DNA of 50,036 bases from Candidatus Binatia bacterium (GCA_040877705.1 JBBDNJ010000342.1:1-50036), one strand, 5' to 3'; shown: positions 17,634 to 28,412, counted from the stretch's first letter. Notes: a model not told the origin generated them from the letters alone. Translations and numbers: made by a program.

Positions 17634-18119
17634 CTAATCGATGTACTCGATACTCAAGATCTCGAATGAACGCACGCCCGTGGGGGTGCGGACCTGAACT
17701 TCGTCTCCCTCGCACTTGCCGATTAAAGCACGAGCAACGGGAGAGCTAATAGAAATTTGTCCGTTCTTCGGCTCCGCCTCATGATCACCGACGATTTTGT
17801 ATATCACTTTGTCGCCGGTATCACCATCGGCCAGAGCAACCGTCGCGCCAAATACGACTTTATCGCCGGACAATGTTGTAATATCGATAACCTGGGCGCG
17901 CGCCAGACGGTCTTCGATCTCGCGAATTTGGATATCGAGCAGGGATTGGCGATCCTTCGCCGCGTGAAATTCGGCGTTTTCAGAAAGGTCGCCATGCTCC
18001 CTCGCCTCTTCGATTTCATGAACATTCTTCGGACGCTCGACGCTTTTCAAGCGTTTCAACTCGTCCATCAAAAATTGATAACCCCGATTGGTCATGGGAA
18101 CGCGCTCGTCTGTTGCCAT
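17634..18119 (-). CDS. greA: Transcription elongation factor GreA
   Basis: PMT..GY..L..EL..LK..ERP, AREHGDLSENAEF, ISISSPVARALIGK. Start 18119 after GAGGA. Confidence 0.97.
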   Translation of the reverse strand: MATDERVPMTNRGYQFLMDELKRLKSVERPKNVHEIEEAREHGDLSENAEFHAAKDRQSLLDIQIREIEDRLARAQVIDITTLSGDKVVFGATVALADGDTGDKVIYKIVGDHEAEPKNGQISISSPVARALIGKCEGDEVQVRTPTGVRSFEILSIEYID

Positions 18120-18132
18120 ATCCTCGACTCCT

Positions 18133-18170
18133 AAACAAAATAAAACCTCTCGGGAATAAATCCTGAGAGG
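18133..18170 (-). terminator. Intrinsic terminator/attenuator in the greA 5' leader
   Basis: Minus strand CCTCTCAGGA-TTTAT-TCCCGAGAGG followed by TTTTATTTTGTTT, just upstream of the greA RBS. Confidence 0.7.
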
Positions 18171-18225
18171 CTCTGGGTTGGCCGCTCGCCTCACTTTTAC
18201 TATTTCGTGAAGCTCACTAAAAATC

Positions 18226-18253
18226 ACTTTATCATCCTCGACAGTTAATTCAA
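18226..18253 (-). promoter_or_regulatory. Candidate sigma70 promoter for greA
   Basis: TTGAAT-16nt-TAAAGT with an extended -10 TG. Confidence 0.4.
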
Positions 18254-18336
18254 CTCCAACACGATCCAAAACGAGACGGTCTAGAAGGTCAGTCCCGCGC
18301 CCAGTGTAACCGATCAAGCAGCGGTTAAGCCGGATT

Positions 18337-19314
18337 TTAGGCCCTTTTTATCGGACCAAAAACGTGGCAAGCCACGCCGTGGCTTTCTGAACTAAAATCC
18401 AACGGCGGTTCGGTTTGATCGCAAATCGCCTCACGGTAGGAGCAGCGCGGGTGGAAACTACAACCCGACGGTGGATTGACCGGGCTGGGCACATCGCCTT
18501 CAAGCAACACACGTTCCTTTTTTCGGTTCATGTTGGCAACGGGCACCGATGAAAGCAATGCTCGAGTGTAGGGATGCCTCGCGTCCCGGTAAATGGTGTC
18601 GCTTTTGGCGGTCTCCACGATCTTGCCGAGATACATGATAGCCACGCGGTGGCTGATATGCTCCACGACACGCAGATCGTGGGAGATAAACAGATAGGTC
18701 AAATGCATTTTCTCTTGCAGCTCCTGCAAGAGATTGATGATCTGAGCTTGGATGGAGACATCGAGCGAAGATACCGGCTCATCGCAGACGATGAAGCTGG
18801 GACTGACGCCCAACGCCCGGGCAATGCCGATCCGCTGGCGCTGTCCGCCGCTAAACTCGTGCGGATAACGGTCGTAATGATCGTCGCGCAAACCCACTTG
18901 ATGGAGCAGTTCCATGACACGATCGCGTTTGGCCCTGCCCTTGGCGAGTTTGTGAATCTCAATGCCTTCGCCGACGATATCGCCCACCCGCATACGCGGG
19001 TTGAGTGAGGCATAGGGGTCTTGAAAAATAATCTGCATCTGCCGCCGCATGTCGCGCAATTCGCGCTGTGACATCGTCAGCAGGTTCTTGCCCTGGAAGA
19101 AAACCTCGCCGTCAGTGGGCTCAATAAGCCGCAAGATTGCCCGGCCCAAGGTCGATTTGCCGCAACCGGACTCTCCCACAAGACCCAACGTCTCGCCTTC
19201 CTCGACGCTAAGATCGACGCCATCGACGGCTTTCACGACGGCCTTACTACGGGAAAAAAGGGCTTCACCGACCGGGAAGTGCTTTTTTAAATTGCGAATT
19301 TCTAGAAGGCTCAT
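18337..19314 (-). CDS. oppF: Oligopeptide/dipeptide ABC transporter ATP-binding protein
   Basis: [36 protein letters not shown]-terminal oligo_HPY Cys motif. Confidence 0.95.
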   Translation of the reverse strand: MSLLEIRNLKKHFPVGEALFSRSKAVVKAVDGVDLSVEEGETLGLVGESGCGKSTLGRAILRLIEPTDGEVFFQGKNLLTMSQRELRDMRRQMQIIFQDPYASLNPRMRVGDIVGEGIEIHKLAKGRAKRDRVMELLHQVGLRDDHYDRYPHEFSGGQRQRIGIARALGVSPSFIVCDEPVSSLDVSIQAQIINLLQELQEKMHLTYLFISHDLRVVEHISHRVAIMYLGKIVETAKSDTIYRDARHPYTRALLSSVPVANMNRKKERVLLEGDVPSPVNPPSGCSFHPRCSYREAICDQTEPPLDFSSESHGVACHVFGPIKRA

Positions 19315-19455
19315 CTGTCAACCCTGTGAGCATGCATTGCCGACTATATGAGGCAAAAGCTTACTCTTATCGATTTTCCTTTGGCAATTTTAGATCCGCG
19401 CATTTCTTCCGCTTCTCCACGCCACAGCCCGCAATCGCCTTCTTTGTCGCCCTTT

Positions 19456-20442
19456 CTAGCTTTGTCTCAATTCCGTGTGCGGAAAATGACAAGCAACCGT
19501 ATGTCCCGGCTCTTTTTCGACCAGCCGCGGTTCATTTTGGGCGCAGAGGTCAGCCGCCCTGGGGCAGCGATCCCTGAACCGGCAGCCGCTGGGCAATTGG
19601 AGCGGATTTGGTACAACCCCGGGGATCGCGTCCAGCCGCTTCTTCTTGCTACCGCCGGTCCCGGGCAGTGAATTTAATAATCCAACCGTGTACGGATGAA
19701 AAGGGTGAGTGAAAATCGCTTGAGCACTGGCCCGCTCGACGATTTTACCGCCATACATAATCGCCACTTCGTCGGCTTGCTCCGCCACCACGCCTAAATC
19801 GTGGGTGATCAGCAACAGCGCCATGCCGATCTTTTGTTGCAACTCTTTCATCAATTCTAAAATCTGCGCCTGAATCGTCACGTCCAATGCCGTGGTCGGC
19901 TCGTCCGCGATCAACAGGTTTGGATTGCAAGACAGCGCCATGGCAATCATGACCCTTTGGCGCATACCCCCACTCAATTGATGGGGATAAGAATCGACCC
20001 GCGACTTCGGATCGGCGATCTTGACCAGTCGCAGCATTTCGACGGTTTTTTCGCGGGTTTCTCTTTTGCCAAGTCCCTGGTGCAGGTGGATCGCCTCGCC
20101 GATCTGATTGCCGACGGTGAAGACCGGATTGAGCGACGTCATCGGCTCTTGGAAAATCATCGAGATTTCGTTGCCGCGTATTTTGCGCATCTCTTCGTTC
20201 TTGAGCTTAAGCAGATCCCGGCCGCGGTAGAGAATTTCGCCGCCGACGATCTTTCCCGGTGGCGACGCAATCAGCCGCATGATCGAAAGCGACGTGACAC
20301 TCTTGCCACAGCCCGACTCTCCGACCAAACCCAGGGTCTTGCCTTCGCCGATCTCGAAGCTCACGCCATCGATGGCGCGGACTTCTCCCTCGGGAGTAAA
20401 AAAGGAGGTTTGTAAATCTCTAACTTGGATCAGCTCGCCCAT
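19456..20442 (-). CDS. oppD: Oligopeptide/dipeptide ABC transporter ATP-binding protein
   Basis: [39 protein letters not shown]. Confidence 0.95.
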   Translation of the reverse strand: MGELIQVRDLQTSFFTPEGEVRAIDGVSFEIGEGKTLGLVGESGCGKSVTSLSIMRLIASPPGKIVGGEILYRGRDLLKLKNEEMRKIRGNEISMIFQEPMTSLNPVFTVGNQIGEAIHLHQGLGKRETREKTVEMLRLVKIADPKSRVDSYPHQLSGGMRQRVMIAMALSCNPNLLIADEPTTALDVTIQAQILELMKELQQKIGMALLLITHDLGVVAEQADEVAIMYGGKIVERASAQAIFTHPFHPYTVGLLNSLPGTGGSKKKRLDAIPGVVPNPLQLPSGCRFRDRCPRAADLCAQNEPRLVEKEPGHTVACHFPHTELRQS

Positions 20443-20590
20443 GGATGCCTTGGCCGCTCTCTACTGTGCCCACGCAATAGCTTGATCAAACCGGAAAACA
20501 AATGATTAAGTCGCACTATCATAACATCTAGGCCGAATAGCGCGAGGCGTTGGCGCAGGAAATTTGTTCCAGCGCAAAGAAAATTAGCGG

Positions 20591-20620
20591 ATATTACTTG
20601 CCGGTTCAAGTTATTGTCAA
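20591..20620 (-). promoter_or_regulatory. Candidate sigma70 promoter upstream of oppD
   Basis: TTGACA-18nt-TAATAT on the minus strand. Confidence 0.5.
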
Positions 20621-20725
20621 GGTTGAGGTGGACGAACCGGCAGAAAAATACCGCAAGGCACTGCACGGCGCACAGCCGAAAAATGAGCGAGATAGAGCGC
20701 CGCATCACCGCCCGCGCACTTTTAC

Positions 20726-21214
20726 TTAACGAACTTGCTCCTTGGGAAAGTTCGCCGTAGCGACCACGCCGCCGCCGACCACTAAGGGATGGCCATAGAT
20801 GAAATCCGAATCATCGCGCCCTTGCTTGGCCATTTGCGCTCCGACGTATTTGGTTACCAGATACGGGCCTTTGAGACTCACGGCAATCACTTTATCGAAC
20901 TCCTCTTCGGTGCTCGCAAAAATATCGGCGTGATCCGTAAGCGCCGCATTGTTAACGAGAATATCGATGCCGCCGAAGCGGTCGACAACCTTTTGCACCA
21001 TCTCCTGCACATTGCCCGAGTGGGCAACATCGCACAGCACGAGCACCGCGTCGTGTCCGGCCTGCTCGATCTCATCCACCACCGCCCGGCCGCGCCCTTC
21101 ATGCATTTCGACGACGGCAATTTTCGCTCCCTCGGCGGCGCAAAGTTTAGCGATCGCCTTGCCGATATTTCTTCCCGCGCCGGTAATTACCGCCACTTGA
21201 TCTTTCAGCTTCAT
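20726..21214 (-). pseudogene. SDR oxidoreductase with internal deletion of the catalytic region
   Basis: Own RBS (AAGGAG) and MKLKDQVAVITGAGRNIG, IDILVNNA. Jumps from MAKQGR directly to the C-terminal DDSDFIYG..LVV.GG, with no Ser/YxxxK segment. Confidence 0.85.
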
Positions 21215-21278
21215 TACTTTCTCCTTCTCAATACTCACAGATTTATAATGATCGGCTCGCTTTTTGACTGGCTCTTCC

Positions 21279-21319
21279 GAAACGTCTTGAACGATTTGAA
21301 CGTGTGGAACGGCTTGAAC
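21279..21319. repeat. 9-bp-period (T)TGAAC tandem repeat
   Basis: GAAACGTCT TGAACGATT TGAACGTGT GGAACGGCT TGAAC. Same family as 41319-41397. Confidence 0.8.
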
Positions 21320-21333
21320 ATTCATCGCGTCCT

Positions 21334-21877
21334 TTAAATCTTGAATTCCTCCGGTCGCGGTCATTATGTCAAATACATTGAGGGTGCAGGCGAGCATCGC
21401 GTAATAGCCGATCGTGGCGGTGAGCTCGACCATTCCCCGCTCTCCCAACCGGCCGTAAAGCGCCTGAAAAGTCGTTTCACTGACGCGGTGCGAACGCACC
21501 ATCTCGCGCACAAAGCTGATGATCTGCGCGTCTTCGAAGGAAAAATGCTCGGCATCTCTGCGCTGGTGAACCGCGCGAATGGTTGCCAGCGGAATGCCGG
21601 CCTTCTGAGCGTGATTGATGTGCGCGGCCCATTCGTGCTTGCATTCGAGCTCGCGAGCCGATGCCAGCGCGGCAAGTTCTATGACTTTGTCATCCAAACT
21701 CGATTCGAAGCGCACATAACTGCCCAGATGCGCAGTTCGCTCGGCAAGCTCGGGACTGTGCAGCAGCGCCAAAAATGGCCCGCCGACCACACCGCGGCTT
21801 TGCGCAATGGAGTCGTAAATAGGTTGGTGTTCCGGCGCTAGATCTTCCTTCTTATCGATAGTAGCGATTCGAGCCAT
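21334..21877 (-). CDS. Carboxymuconolactone decarboxylase/AhpD-like family protein; 3' frameshift reads through into the SDR
   Basis: GPFLALLHSPELA, ELAALASARE..EWAAH, VELTATIGYYAMLA. An alternative frame gives a natural end PEEFKI* (TAA 21336-21334). Confidence 0.85.
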
Positions 21878-21943
21878 GATTTCTCCTTACTTTCTTTGAG
21901 TTTTTCGCCTCGAGCTTGCGACGGAATAACAGAGAGAGCGCAA

Positions 21944-23011
21944 TTAGCGCAAGCCCCGCAGCCGGGGATCGAGAACCTCGCGCAACCCTTCGCCGACCAG
22001 ATAATAGGCCAGGACGGTAATAAAGATCGCTGCGCCGGGAAAGACGGCCAACCACCACGCAAAAGTCGCGCTGCTGGCTTCGTGCAAAATGGAACCCCAG
22101 GTCACCAGTTCGGCGGGCACGCCGATGCCCAAAAAGCTTAGACTGGATTCGACGAGAATGGCGCCGGCAATGCCGAGCACCACCGAGACGATCACCGGCG
22201 CCAGGGCATTAGGCAGAATGTGTTTGAACATGACCTTACGGTCGGAGACGCCGAGGGCGATAGCCGACGTGACGTAATCTAAGTTGCGTATTTTGAGAAA
22301 CTCATTGCGGGTAAAGCGCGCGATGCCGACCCAACTGGTGGCGCCGATGATCATCATGGTCAGGTAAATGCTCGGCGGCAGGAGCGCCGCAACCGTGATC
22401 AGAAGAAAAAACGTCGGGATCGCCAGCATGATTTCAAACAGGCGCGAGACCACCAGATCGACCCATGAGCCGAAGTAGCCGGCAATGGCGCCCATCGTGA
22501 TACCGATCATCGCGGCAATTCCGACGGCGACAAATCCGATCGACAGCGACACCCGGGAACCGTGAATCATTCCCGCAAGGACGTCGCGGCCCAGCCGGTC
22601 CGTGCCAAGCCAGTGCTTCGGCGAAGGATTTTCAAACGGCGCGGTCAAGTCGATGTCGGTGGGCAAATAAGGGATGGGTGGAAAGACCGCCGTGGCGCCT
22701 TCGAGCGTTTTAAAATCTACGTTAAGCAATTCAGGGGGCCATTGGGCAAGTCCCATTTTCACCAGGTAGCTGCGGAAAATCGGCAAGAAGGTTCTGTCTT
22801 GGTAAGAGAGATAGTACGGTTTGTCGTTGGCCAGAAAATCGGCGAACAAAGCGATCAGAAAAAGACCGCAGACGACATAAAAACTGCAACGAGCAACCGG
22901 GTTGCGCTTGAATCGTTTCCAAACGCCGGACCAGAGGCCACCGCCGCCGCCACCGGACACGATTGCGAAATCCGATGCTCGACGTTCCGTGCTGGACTGG
23001 GTAGGACTCAT
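21944..23011 (-). CDS. oppC: Oligopeptide ABC transporter permease
   Basis: HWLGTDRLGRD, HILPNALAP, ESSLSFLG, GEGLREVLDPR. ATG 23011 overlaps the oppB stop. Confidence 0.95.
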   Translation of the reverse strand: MSPTQSSTERRASDFAIVSGGGGGGLWSGVWKRFKRNPVARCSFYVVCGLFLIALFADFLANDKPYYLSYQDRTFLPIFRSYLVKMGLAQWPPELLNVDFKTLEGATAVFPPIPYLPTDIDLTAPFENPSPKHWLGTDRLGRDVLAGMIHGSRVSLSIGFVAVGIAAMIGITMGAIAGYFGSWVDLVVSRLFEIMLAIPTFFLLITVAALLPPSIYLTMMIIGATSWVGIARFTRNEFLKIRNLDYVTSAIALGVSDRKVMFKHILPNALAPVIVSVVLGIAGAILVESSLSFLGIGVPAELVTWGSILHEASSATFAWWLAVFPGAAIFITVLAYYLVGEGLREVLDPRLRGLR

Positions 23012-24039
23012 TATTCTCGGCGACCGAATGCGATCCGCGGATCGACCACTGACAACAGCAGATCTGAAATGAGAATACCGATAAGCGTCAGCACGGCGCT
23101 GACGGTAAATAGCGCCATGATCGTGGGGTAGTCCCGCGCCAGCACGGACTGGTAACCGAGTTGGCCCAGGCCCGGAATCGAGAAGATCGTCTCGATGATC
23201 ACGCTGCCGCCGACCAGTCCTGGAAGGATTGCCGCCAAGATCGTTACCAGGGGGATCAATGAGTTGCGCAGCGCGTGCTTTAAAACGACCACCGATTCGG
23301 CCAAGCCCTTGGCCCGTGCGACCCTCACGTAATCTTGCCCCAGCACCTCCAACATGCTGGCGCGCATGTAACGCGACAATCCCGCAAATCCATCGTAGGA
23401 CATTAACACTACGGGCAAAAATAGATGCCAGGCTTGATCCTTTATTTTTCTCCAGAGAGACCACTCTTGCGAATAATCGATGGATTCAAGGCCGCCCGGA
23501 GGGAACAGGTAGAGAAAATCTCCGCCGCAAATAAAGACAATCGCCATGGTTGCCGCCCACACCAAAGGCACGGCAAAAAGAACAAACGCGCCCAGAGTCA
23601 GCGCCTGATCGCTGAAGGAATTCGGATGGGTGGCGGAATAAATTCCCAGCGGTATCGCCACCAGATAGACAAGAAAAATAGCAAGAACATTGAGCTTGAT
23701 CGTCACCGGCAGCCTTTCCAGGATCTTGCCCCAAACCTGCTGATTATCTTTAAAGGATTCGCCGAAGTTCAGGGTCAATAAGTTTTTCACCCAAATGCCG
23801 TACTGGATATGCAGCGGCCGATCAAGACCATACTGCGCGCGCCACTGGGCCAGCGCTTCATCGACGGCGACCCTCTTATCGATAGATATTCCGGCGCCGC
23901 CCGCCGCGCCCAAGCCGCCGGCTGCGCGCAACTCCGCCGGATCACCGGGGGCCAGCCGCATGATAAAAAAGCCGATGAGAGTGACCCCGATAAAGGTCGG
24001 AATCATCAAAAGCAGCCGTTGCAGCGCGTAGGATGCCAT
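23011..24039 (-). CDS. oppB: Oligopeptide ABC transporter permease
   Basis: RLLLMIPT, APGDP, DYVRVARAKGL, KHALRNSLIP, VDPRI. Start ATG 24039. Confidence 0.95.
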   Translation of the reverse strand: MASYALQRLLLMIPTFIGVTLIGFFIMRLAPGDPAELRAAGGLGAAGGAGISIDKRVAVDEALAQWRAQYGLDRPLHIQYGIWVKNLLTLNFGESFKDNQQVWGKILERLPVTIKLNVLAIFLVYLVAIPLGIYSATHPNSFSDQALTLGAFVLFAVPLVWAATMAIVFICGGDFLYLFPPGGLESIDYSQEWSLWRKIKDQAWHLFLPVVLMSYDGFAGLSRYMRASMLEVLGQDYVRVARAKGLAESVVVLKHALRNSLIPLVTILAAILPGLVGGSVIIETIFSIPGLGQLGYQSVLARDYPTIMALFTVSAVLTLIGILISDLLLSVVDPRIAFGRRE

Positions 24040-24049
24040 CGCAATTTTG

Positions 24050-25828
24050 CTAGTTGGCCGCCAGTTCCTGACCGTACCTTTGCGCCGGGCGGGGGACCCA
24101 CCATTCGATGGGATGAAGTCCAACGGGCAGGATCTCAACCCCGTGAATGCGCCGTTGCACCGCCACCACGGATTTGCCGACAAACAGAAACGTGTAGGGT
24201 TGTTCGTCGGCGAGGATCTGCTGAAACTCGCGATAGAGTTCAATGCGCTTTTGCGCATCGAACTCGTGGCGGTACTGCTCGAGGATCTCGTCGACCCGGG
24301 CATTCTTATAGCCGATGTGATTCGAACCGTTGTTAGCCGATTGTGACGAGTGCCACACCTGATAGGCATCGGGCTCGTTGACCGACATCGCCCATCCCAG
24401 TATAACGGCATCGAACTTTCTCATTTTCACTTCACCCAGAAAAATCGTCCAGTCCAACTCGCGAACGCTTGCGTCAATGCCGTATTGCTTGAGCTCGTCC
24501 TGCAACGTAAGGGCCACGCTCTTGCGCGTGGTATTGCCCGAATTGATTTTGATCTCAAACCGAAACGGAACCTTCTGCCCGTCGATGATTTTGTCGAGCA
24601 CGCCATCGCCGTCGCTATCGCGCCAGCCCGCCTCGCTTAAAAGCTCCATGCCTTTCAGGGGATCAAAAGCATAGCTCGGCAGGGTCTTGTCGTATTCCGG
24701 GCGAAAAAAATAGATCGGGCCTTCAACCACCTCGCCCAAGCCAAACAAGATGGTTTTAACCATTTGCTTTCGATTGGTGAAATGGGTCATTGCTTTGCGC
24801 ACCTGCTTGTCGCGGAAAATCGGATGATTATTGTTCCAACCGATATAGCTATAATTCGGCGCGAAATATTCGTATTTGCGAAACTGGCTTTTAAATCTGT
24901 CGCTGTGAGTTCCGCGCACATGCTGGATTGGCGTCAGTCCCATATAATCGAGGCTGCCGCTCTTGAGCCTGACTAGGGCGGCGTCGGGATTGTTGATGAT
25001 GCGATATTTGTAGCGGTCCAAGTACGGCTGATCCACTCCGGCCTTACCGTTGCCCCAATAATTACGATCGCGTGCCAATTCAATCTCACGACCGGTTTTC
25101 CAGCCTTCGAACTTATAGGGCCCGCTGCCCATCGGATTGCGGCTGAAGTTCTTGTTAAAGGCGTCAGCAAACTTTTGCACACCCGGCGGCAGCTGGTCGG
25201 CAGGCTTGCGCAGGTCGGCAATGGTGACGTCTTTTAAGAAGTTTTCAGGATCATAATAGTGACGCGGCAAAACGTCGATGAAGCCCAAGACACTTTCATT
25301 GAGGAAGTACGGCTCCTTGATCCTGAACTGGATGGTGTATTCATCGAGCAGCCGGGCATCGACGACGGAATCGAAATAAACCCGCAAAAAAGGCGCGTTC
25401 ACCAAGGGGTTTTTGATCGCCTTGACGGAGAATAGCACATCTTCGCCGGTGAGCGGCCGTCCGTCCTGAAAGTGGACATCCCGGCGGATCGTGAACGTAT
25501 AGCTCAGCTTATCCTCGGCAATCGCCGGCCGCGCGGTGGCGAGCAACGGTTTCAATTCAAGGCTGCGCGGATCGCGCGTAAGCAGACTTTGGAAAATATT
25601 CTGGAGGATTGTGCTGGCGGAAGCGTCATTGCTGGTCAGCGGATTAAGCTGTTCAGGATCGCTCAGGCTATGGATGATCAGCCAATCACCCGTCGTCGGT
25701 GTGCCCGCATTCTTCTCAGTAATCGCCGGCTGGGAAGCGTCGCCGGTGACTTCGGTCTTATCACCGCACCCAAACAACAGGAAGAAAACTAAAAGAGACC
25801 GCCAACCTCTGGTTAAAAACATCGTCAA
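24050..25828 (-). CDS. oppA: Peptide ABC transporter substrate-binding lipoprotein (family 5)
   Basis: Lipobox LLFGC, LNPL, FQDGRPLTGEDVLFS, PMGSGPYKF, VRKAM. Confidence 0.93.
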   Translation of the reverse strand: MTMFLTRGWRSLLVFFLLFGCGDKTEVTGDASQPAITEKNAGTPTTGDWLIIHSLSDPEQLNPLTSNDASASTILQNIFQSLLTRDPRSLELKPLLATARPAIAEDKLSYTFTIRRDVHFQDGRPLTGEDVLFSVKAIKNPLVNAPFLRVYFDSVVDARLLDEYTIQFRIKEPYFLNESVLGFIDVLPRHYYDPENFLKDVTIADLRKPADQLPPGVQKFADAFNKNFSRNPMGSGPYKFEGWKTGREIELARDRNYWGNGKAGVDQPYLDRYKYRIINNPDAALVRLKSGSLDYMGLTPIQHVRGTHSDRFKSQFRKYEYFAPNYSYIGWNNNHPIFRDKQVRKAMTHFTNRKQMVKTILFGLGEVVEGPIYFFRPEYDKTLPSYAFDPLKGMELLSEAGWRDSDGDGVLDKIIDGQKVPFRFEIKINSGNTTRKSVALTLQDELKQYGIDASVRELDWTIFLGEVKMRKFDAVILGWAMSVNEPDAYQVWHSSQSANNGSNHIGYKNARVDEILEQYRHEFDAQKRIELYREFQQILADEQPYTFLFVGKSVVAVQRRIHGVEILPVGLHPIEWWVPRPAQRYGQELAAN

Positions 25829-26646
25829 CCACCCAACGCTTCCAGGCGCAGTTCCTGAGCATGGGCCGGTTTCTGCTGAGAAAAGAGCTCCGGCGAAAGA
25901 GACGCGTTTAACTCGGGTTCCTGGTAGCGGATTTCCAGCTTCTTATCCTGCAGCGGGGCTTCAACCTGGATCCTGGATGGGAACAAACCGGACGGGGTCT
26001 GAATATAATCGCTAAACTCGGCGCGCAGCTCGACCGCGCCCGCGGCATTGAACCGTTCCCACTGGGTCGGCACCGGCATTTGTAACTCGAACGTCACCAC
26101 GTCTCGCTTGCGGTCATTTGCCGAGAATACCAGAGCGTTGCCCTCCTGCCGCCAGCGGGCACTCGTATCGACGGCCGGCAACCCCATCAGCAATGCGGTA
26201 ATCTCGTCAAGCTCGAGGGGTATTTGCGTATAACGCAGCATATTTTCCTTGGTTCGCTGCCCGCGCACGAAAACTCCTTCACGCGGGTGATAACCGATGA
26301 TCTCTTGGTCATCGACCGTGACAATCAAAACGGCGCCGAGAAAGGTAAGGGTCTCCAGCCGCAGACGATCCGGTCGTTGAACCAGAACGGCTTCTTGGAC
26401 ATTGCCTTTGCCGTCGGGCCCGGCGTAGTCGACACGCGCCAATGATCGCAACGAGCGAAACTGCTCACGCCGCTGCGCCATCGACTTGATCAGTTCCCCC
26501 GCCTCCCAAGAGCTTGCGCGTAGCTGTGGCTCTCTGGGCGGTTTAACCGTGGCGCAGCCAACCATCATCGTGCAAAGCGCGCCAAGAAACAAAGCGGCTG
26601 GATTTGGGTAGCAGGCGGAGATTGCGCGCTGAAGCGATACCCTCAA
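25825..26646 (-). CDS. Lipoprotein with LolA/LolB-like beta fold (DUF4292-like)
   Basis: Lipobox MVGC, QRPDRLRLE, C-terminal FPSRIQV..EIRY..PELN..LSPELF. Confidence 0.65.
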   Translation of the reverse strand: MRVSLQRAISACYPNPAALFLGALCTMMVGCATVKPPREPQLRASSWEAGELIKSMAQRREQFRSLRSLARVDYAGPDGKGNVQEAVLVQRPDRLRLETLTFLGAVLIVTVDDQEIIGYHPREGVFVRGQRTKENMLRYTQIPLELDEITALLMGLPAVDTSARWRQEGNALVFSANDRKRDVVTFELQMPVPTQWERFNAAGAVELRAEFSDYIQTPSGLFPSRIQVEAPLQDKKLEIRYQEPELNASLSPELFSQQKPAHAQELRLEALGG

Positions 26647-28412
26647 ATCTTCTTCTCCAGGCGCTGGATCTTTTCACGGATTCGTTTGATCTGGTCGTCT
26701 TCCTTGGACTTCTTAACCGCATCTCGATAGCGCGCCACGGCGCGTTCGGATCTGCCAACTTTTTCGTACGCGTCGCCGAGATGCTCGATAATCGTCGGAT
26801 CGTCCACGGTGATTTCCACCGCGCGCTCCAAATATTCAACCGCTTTGGGATAGTCACCTTTTTGAAAATACACCCAGCCGAGACTGTCGATATAGAAACC
26901 ATCGTTGGGCACGATCGTTAAAGCGCGCAGGATCAAATCTTCCGCTTGGTCGAGTTGCACGCCCATCTCGGCCCAGGTGTAGCCCAGGTAATTAAGCGCC
27001 GCGGCGTTTTTCGGATTAATCTCAATCGCCTTTTTCATATGAGCGATGCTTTTGTCTTTGTTCTTGGCCTCATCGTGAAGGGCGCCCAGTTGGAAATAGG
27101 CTTGGTCGCTTCCGGGATCCAAAACGACGAACCGCTCCATCGCCTCGATCGCCTTGGGAAAATTTTTGGCTTTGCGATACAGCGATGACAGAAAGGCAAA
27201 CACTTCCTTGCGATCATTTTTCTTGCTCAGCACGGCCTGCACCGAGTCGATGGCTTTTTGTAATTGGTCGGCGCGCTCGTAAAGATAGGCCATCTGCAAA
27301 CGGGTATCGAGATAAAATTCGCTCTTCTCCGGTATCCTGGAAAATTCGGCCAAAGCTTTGACATCGGATCTTAGCTCGACGTAGGTGGCGCCCAGATAGT
27401 AACGCGCCCGATCATTCTCCGGGTCACCGGCTAAAACCAGATTGAACTCCGTGGCGGCACGTTCGAAATCGCCCTTCTCATAGAAAATAAGTCCAATTTT
27501 TATCCGTGTCTCACGCGGATCGGCCTCTGTGCTTTTTAGTTTTTCAAATTGGTCAAGCGCGTCGTCAAGCTTGTTTTGACCCACGAAAAGTTCACCCAAC
27601 CGTTTTCGCGCCCAAACATTCTGCGAGTTGATCTGCAGCAACCTTTGGTAGGTCTGAATCGCTTCTTCGGTTTTGCCCTGCAGCTCATAGACCAAGGCCA
27701 GATCCATGAGCACCGCCTCGGACTTGGGATTTAACTCCAGCGCCTTGCGGTAACTCTGCTCGGCTGCCAGATAGAGCTTGCTTTTCGCGCGCACACGCCC
27801 GAGGTAGTAATGGCCCAAGACGGAGTCATCGTCGATTTTCAGGAGATCTTCCAACATCCGGGTTGCCCGGGCGTAGTCCTCGACTTGTAAGTAAAGCACG
27901 CCCAAGTACAGCAGCGCCTCCTGGTTCTTCGGTTCGAGTTTGAAAACCTCGTTGTACGCTGCGATACTTTTCGGATTTTCACCTAACGACGAATAAAGGC
28001 CGGCCAGCAGTAAATGGTTTTCGACGCTTTTGGGTTCCATTCGGGTCGCCGCTTGTGCTTCGACCAGGGCTCTTTTCAGATCACCTTTTCTAACGTAGAG
28101 GGTAGCCAAACGAAAGCGCAGGAACCCGTCGTCCGGATTGGCTTCCGAGGCGCTTTCAAATTCTCTAAGAGCTTCGTCGAATTGGCCTTCGCCCAAGAGA
28201 AGGTTGCCCTTCATAAAGTGCGCAAGTCCTTTGGAATCAGCCGGGACTTCGACTTTGTGCTGATGCTGGAAAGGACCTTCAGGAACCCAGGACAGGCCGT
28301 CAGGGGGCGCTTTCAGATCTGGCACGGCGGAGGCGCAACCCGAGAAAATCAAAAGACAAATGGCCCTCCAAAAGAACCGTGTACCCATTAGCCCAAGGGT
28401 TAACATACTCAC
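26643..28412 (-). CDS. Tetratricopeptide-repeat lipoprotein
   Basis: Lipobox FSGC, many TPRs, ALNYLGYTWAE, YIDSLGWVYF, IEHLGD. Start may be 28388. Confidence 0.92.
   Translation of the reverse strand: MSMLTLGLMGTRFFWRAICLLIFSGCASAVPDLKAPPDGLSWVPEGPFQHQHKVEVPADSKGLAHFMKGNLLLGEGQFDEALREFESASEANPDDGFLRFRLATLYVRKGDLKRALVEAQAATRMEPKSVENHLLLAGLYSSLGENPKSIAAYNEVFKLEPKNQEALLYLGVLYLQVEDYARATRMLEDLLKIDDDSVLGHYYLGRVRAKSKLYLAAEQSYRKALELNPKSEAVLMDLALVYELQGKTEEAIQTYQRLLQINSQNVWARKRLGELFVGQNKLDDALDQFEKLKSTEADPRETRIKIGLIFYEKGDFERAATEFNLVLAGDPENDRARYYLGATYVELRSDVKALAEFSRIPEKSEFYLDTRLQMAYLYERADQLQKAIDSVQAVLSKKNDRKEVFAFLSSLYRKAKNFPKAIEAMERFVVLDPGSDQAYFQLGALHDEAKNKDKSIAHMKKAIEINPKNAAALNYLGYTWAEMGVQLDQAEDLILRALTIVPNDGFYIDSLGWVYFQKGDYPKAVEYLERAVEITVDDPTIIEHLGDAYEKVGRSERAVARYRDAVKKSKEDDQIKRIREKIQRLEKKI

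Noticed and set aside
18120-18317. 66-aa N-terminal extension of GreA
   Set aside because: Region contains a promoter-like box and terminator, and the RBS supports ATG 18119.
23012-24411. Long N-terminal extensions of the oppC and oppB ORFs in the track
   Set aside because: They overlap upstream genes. Family-typical starts are at 23011 and 24039.
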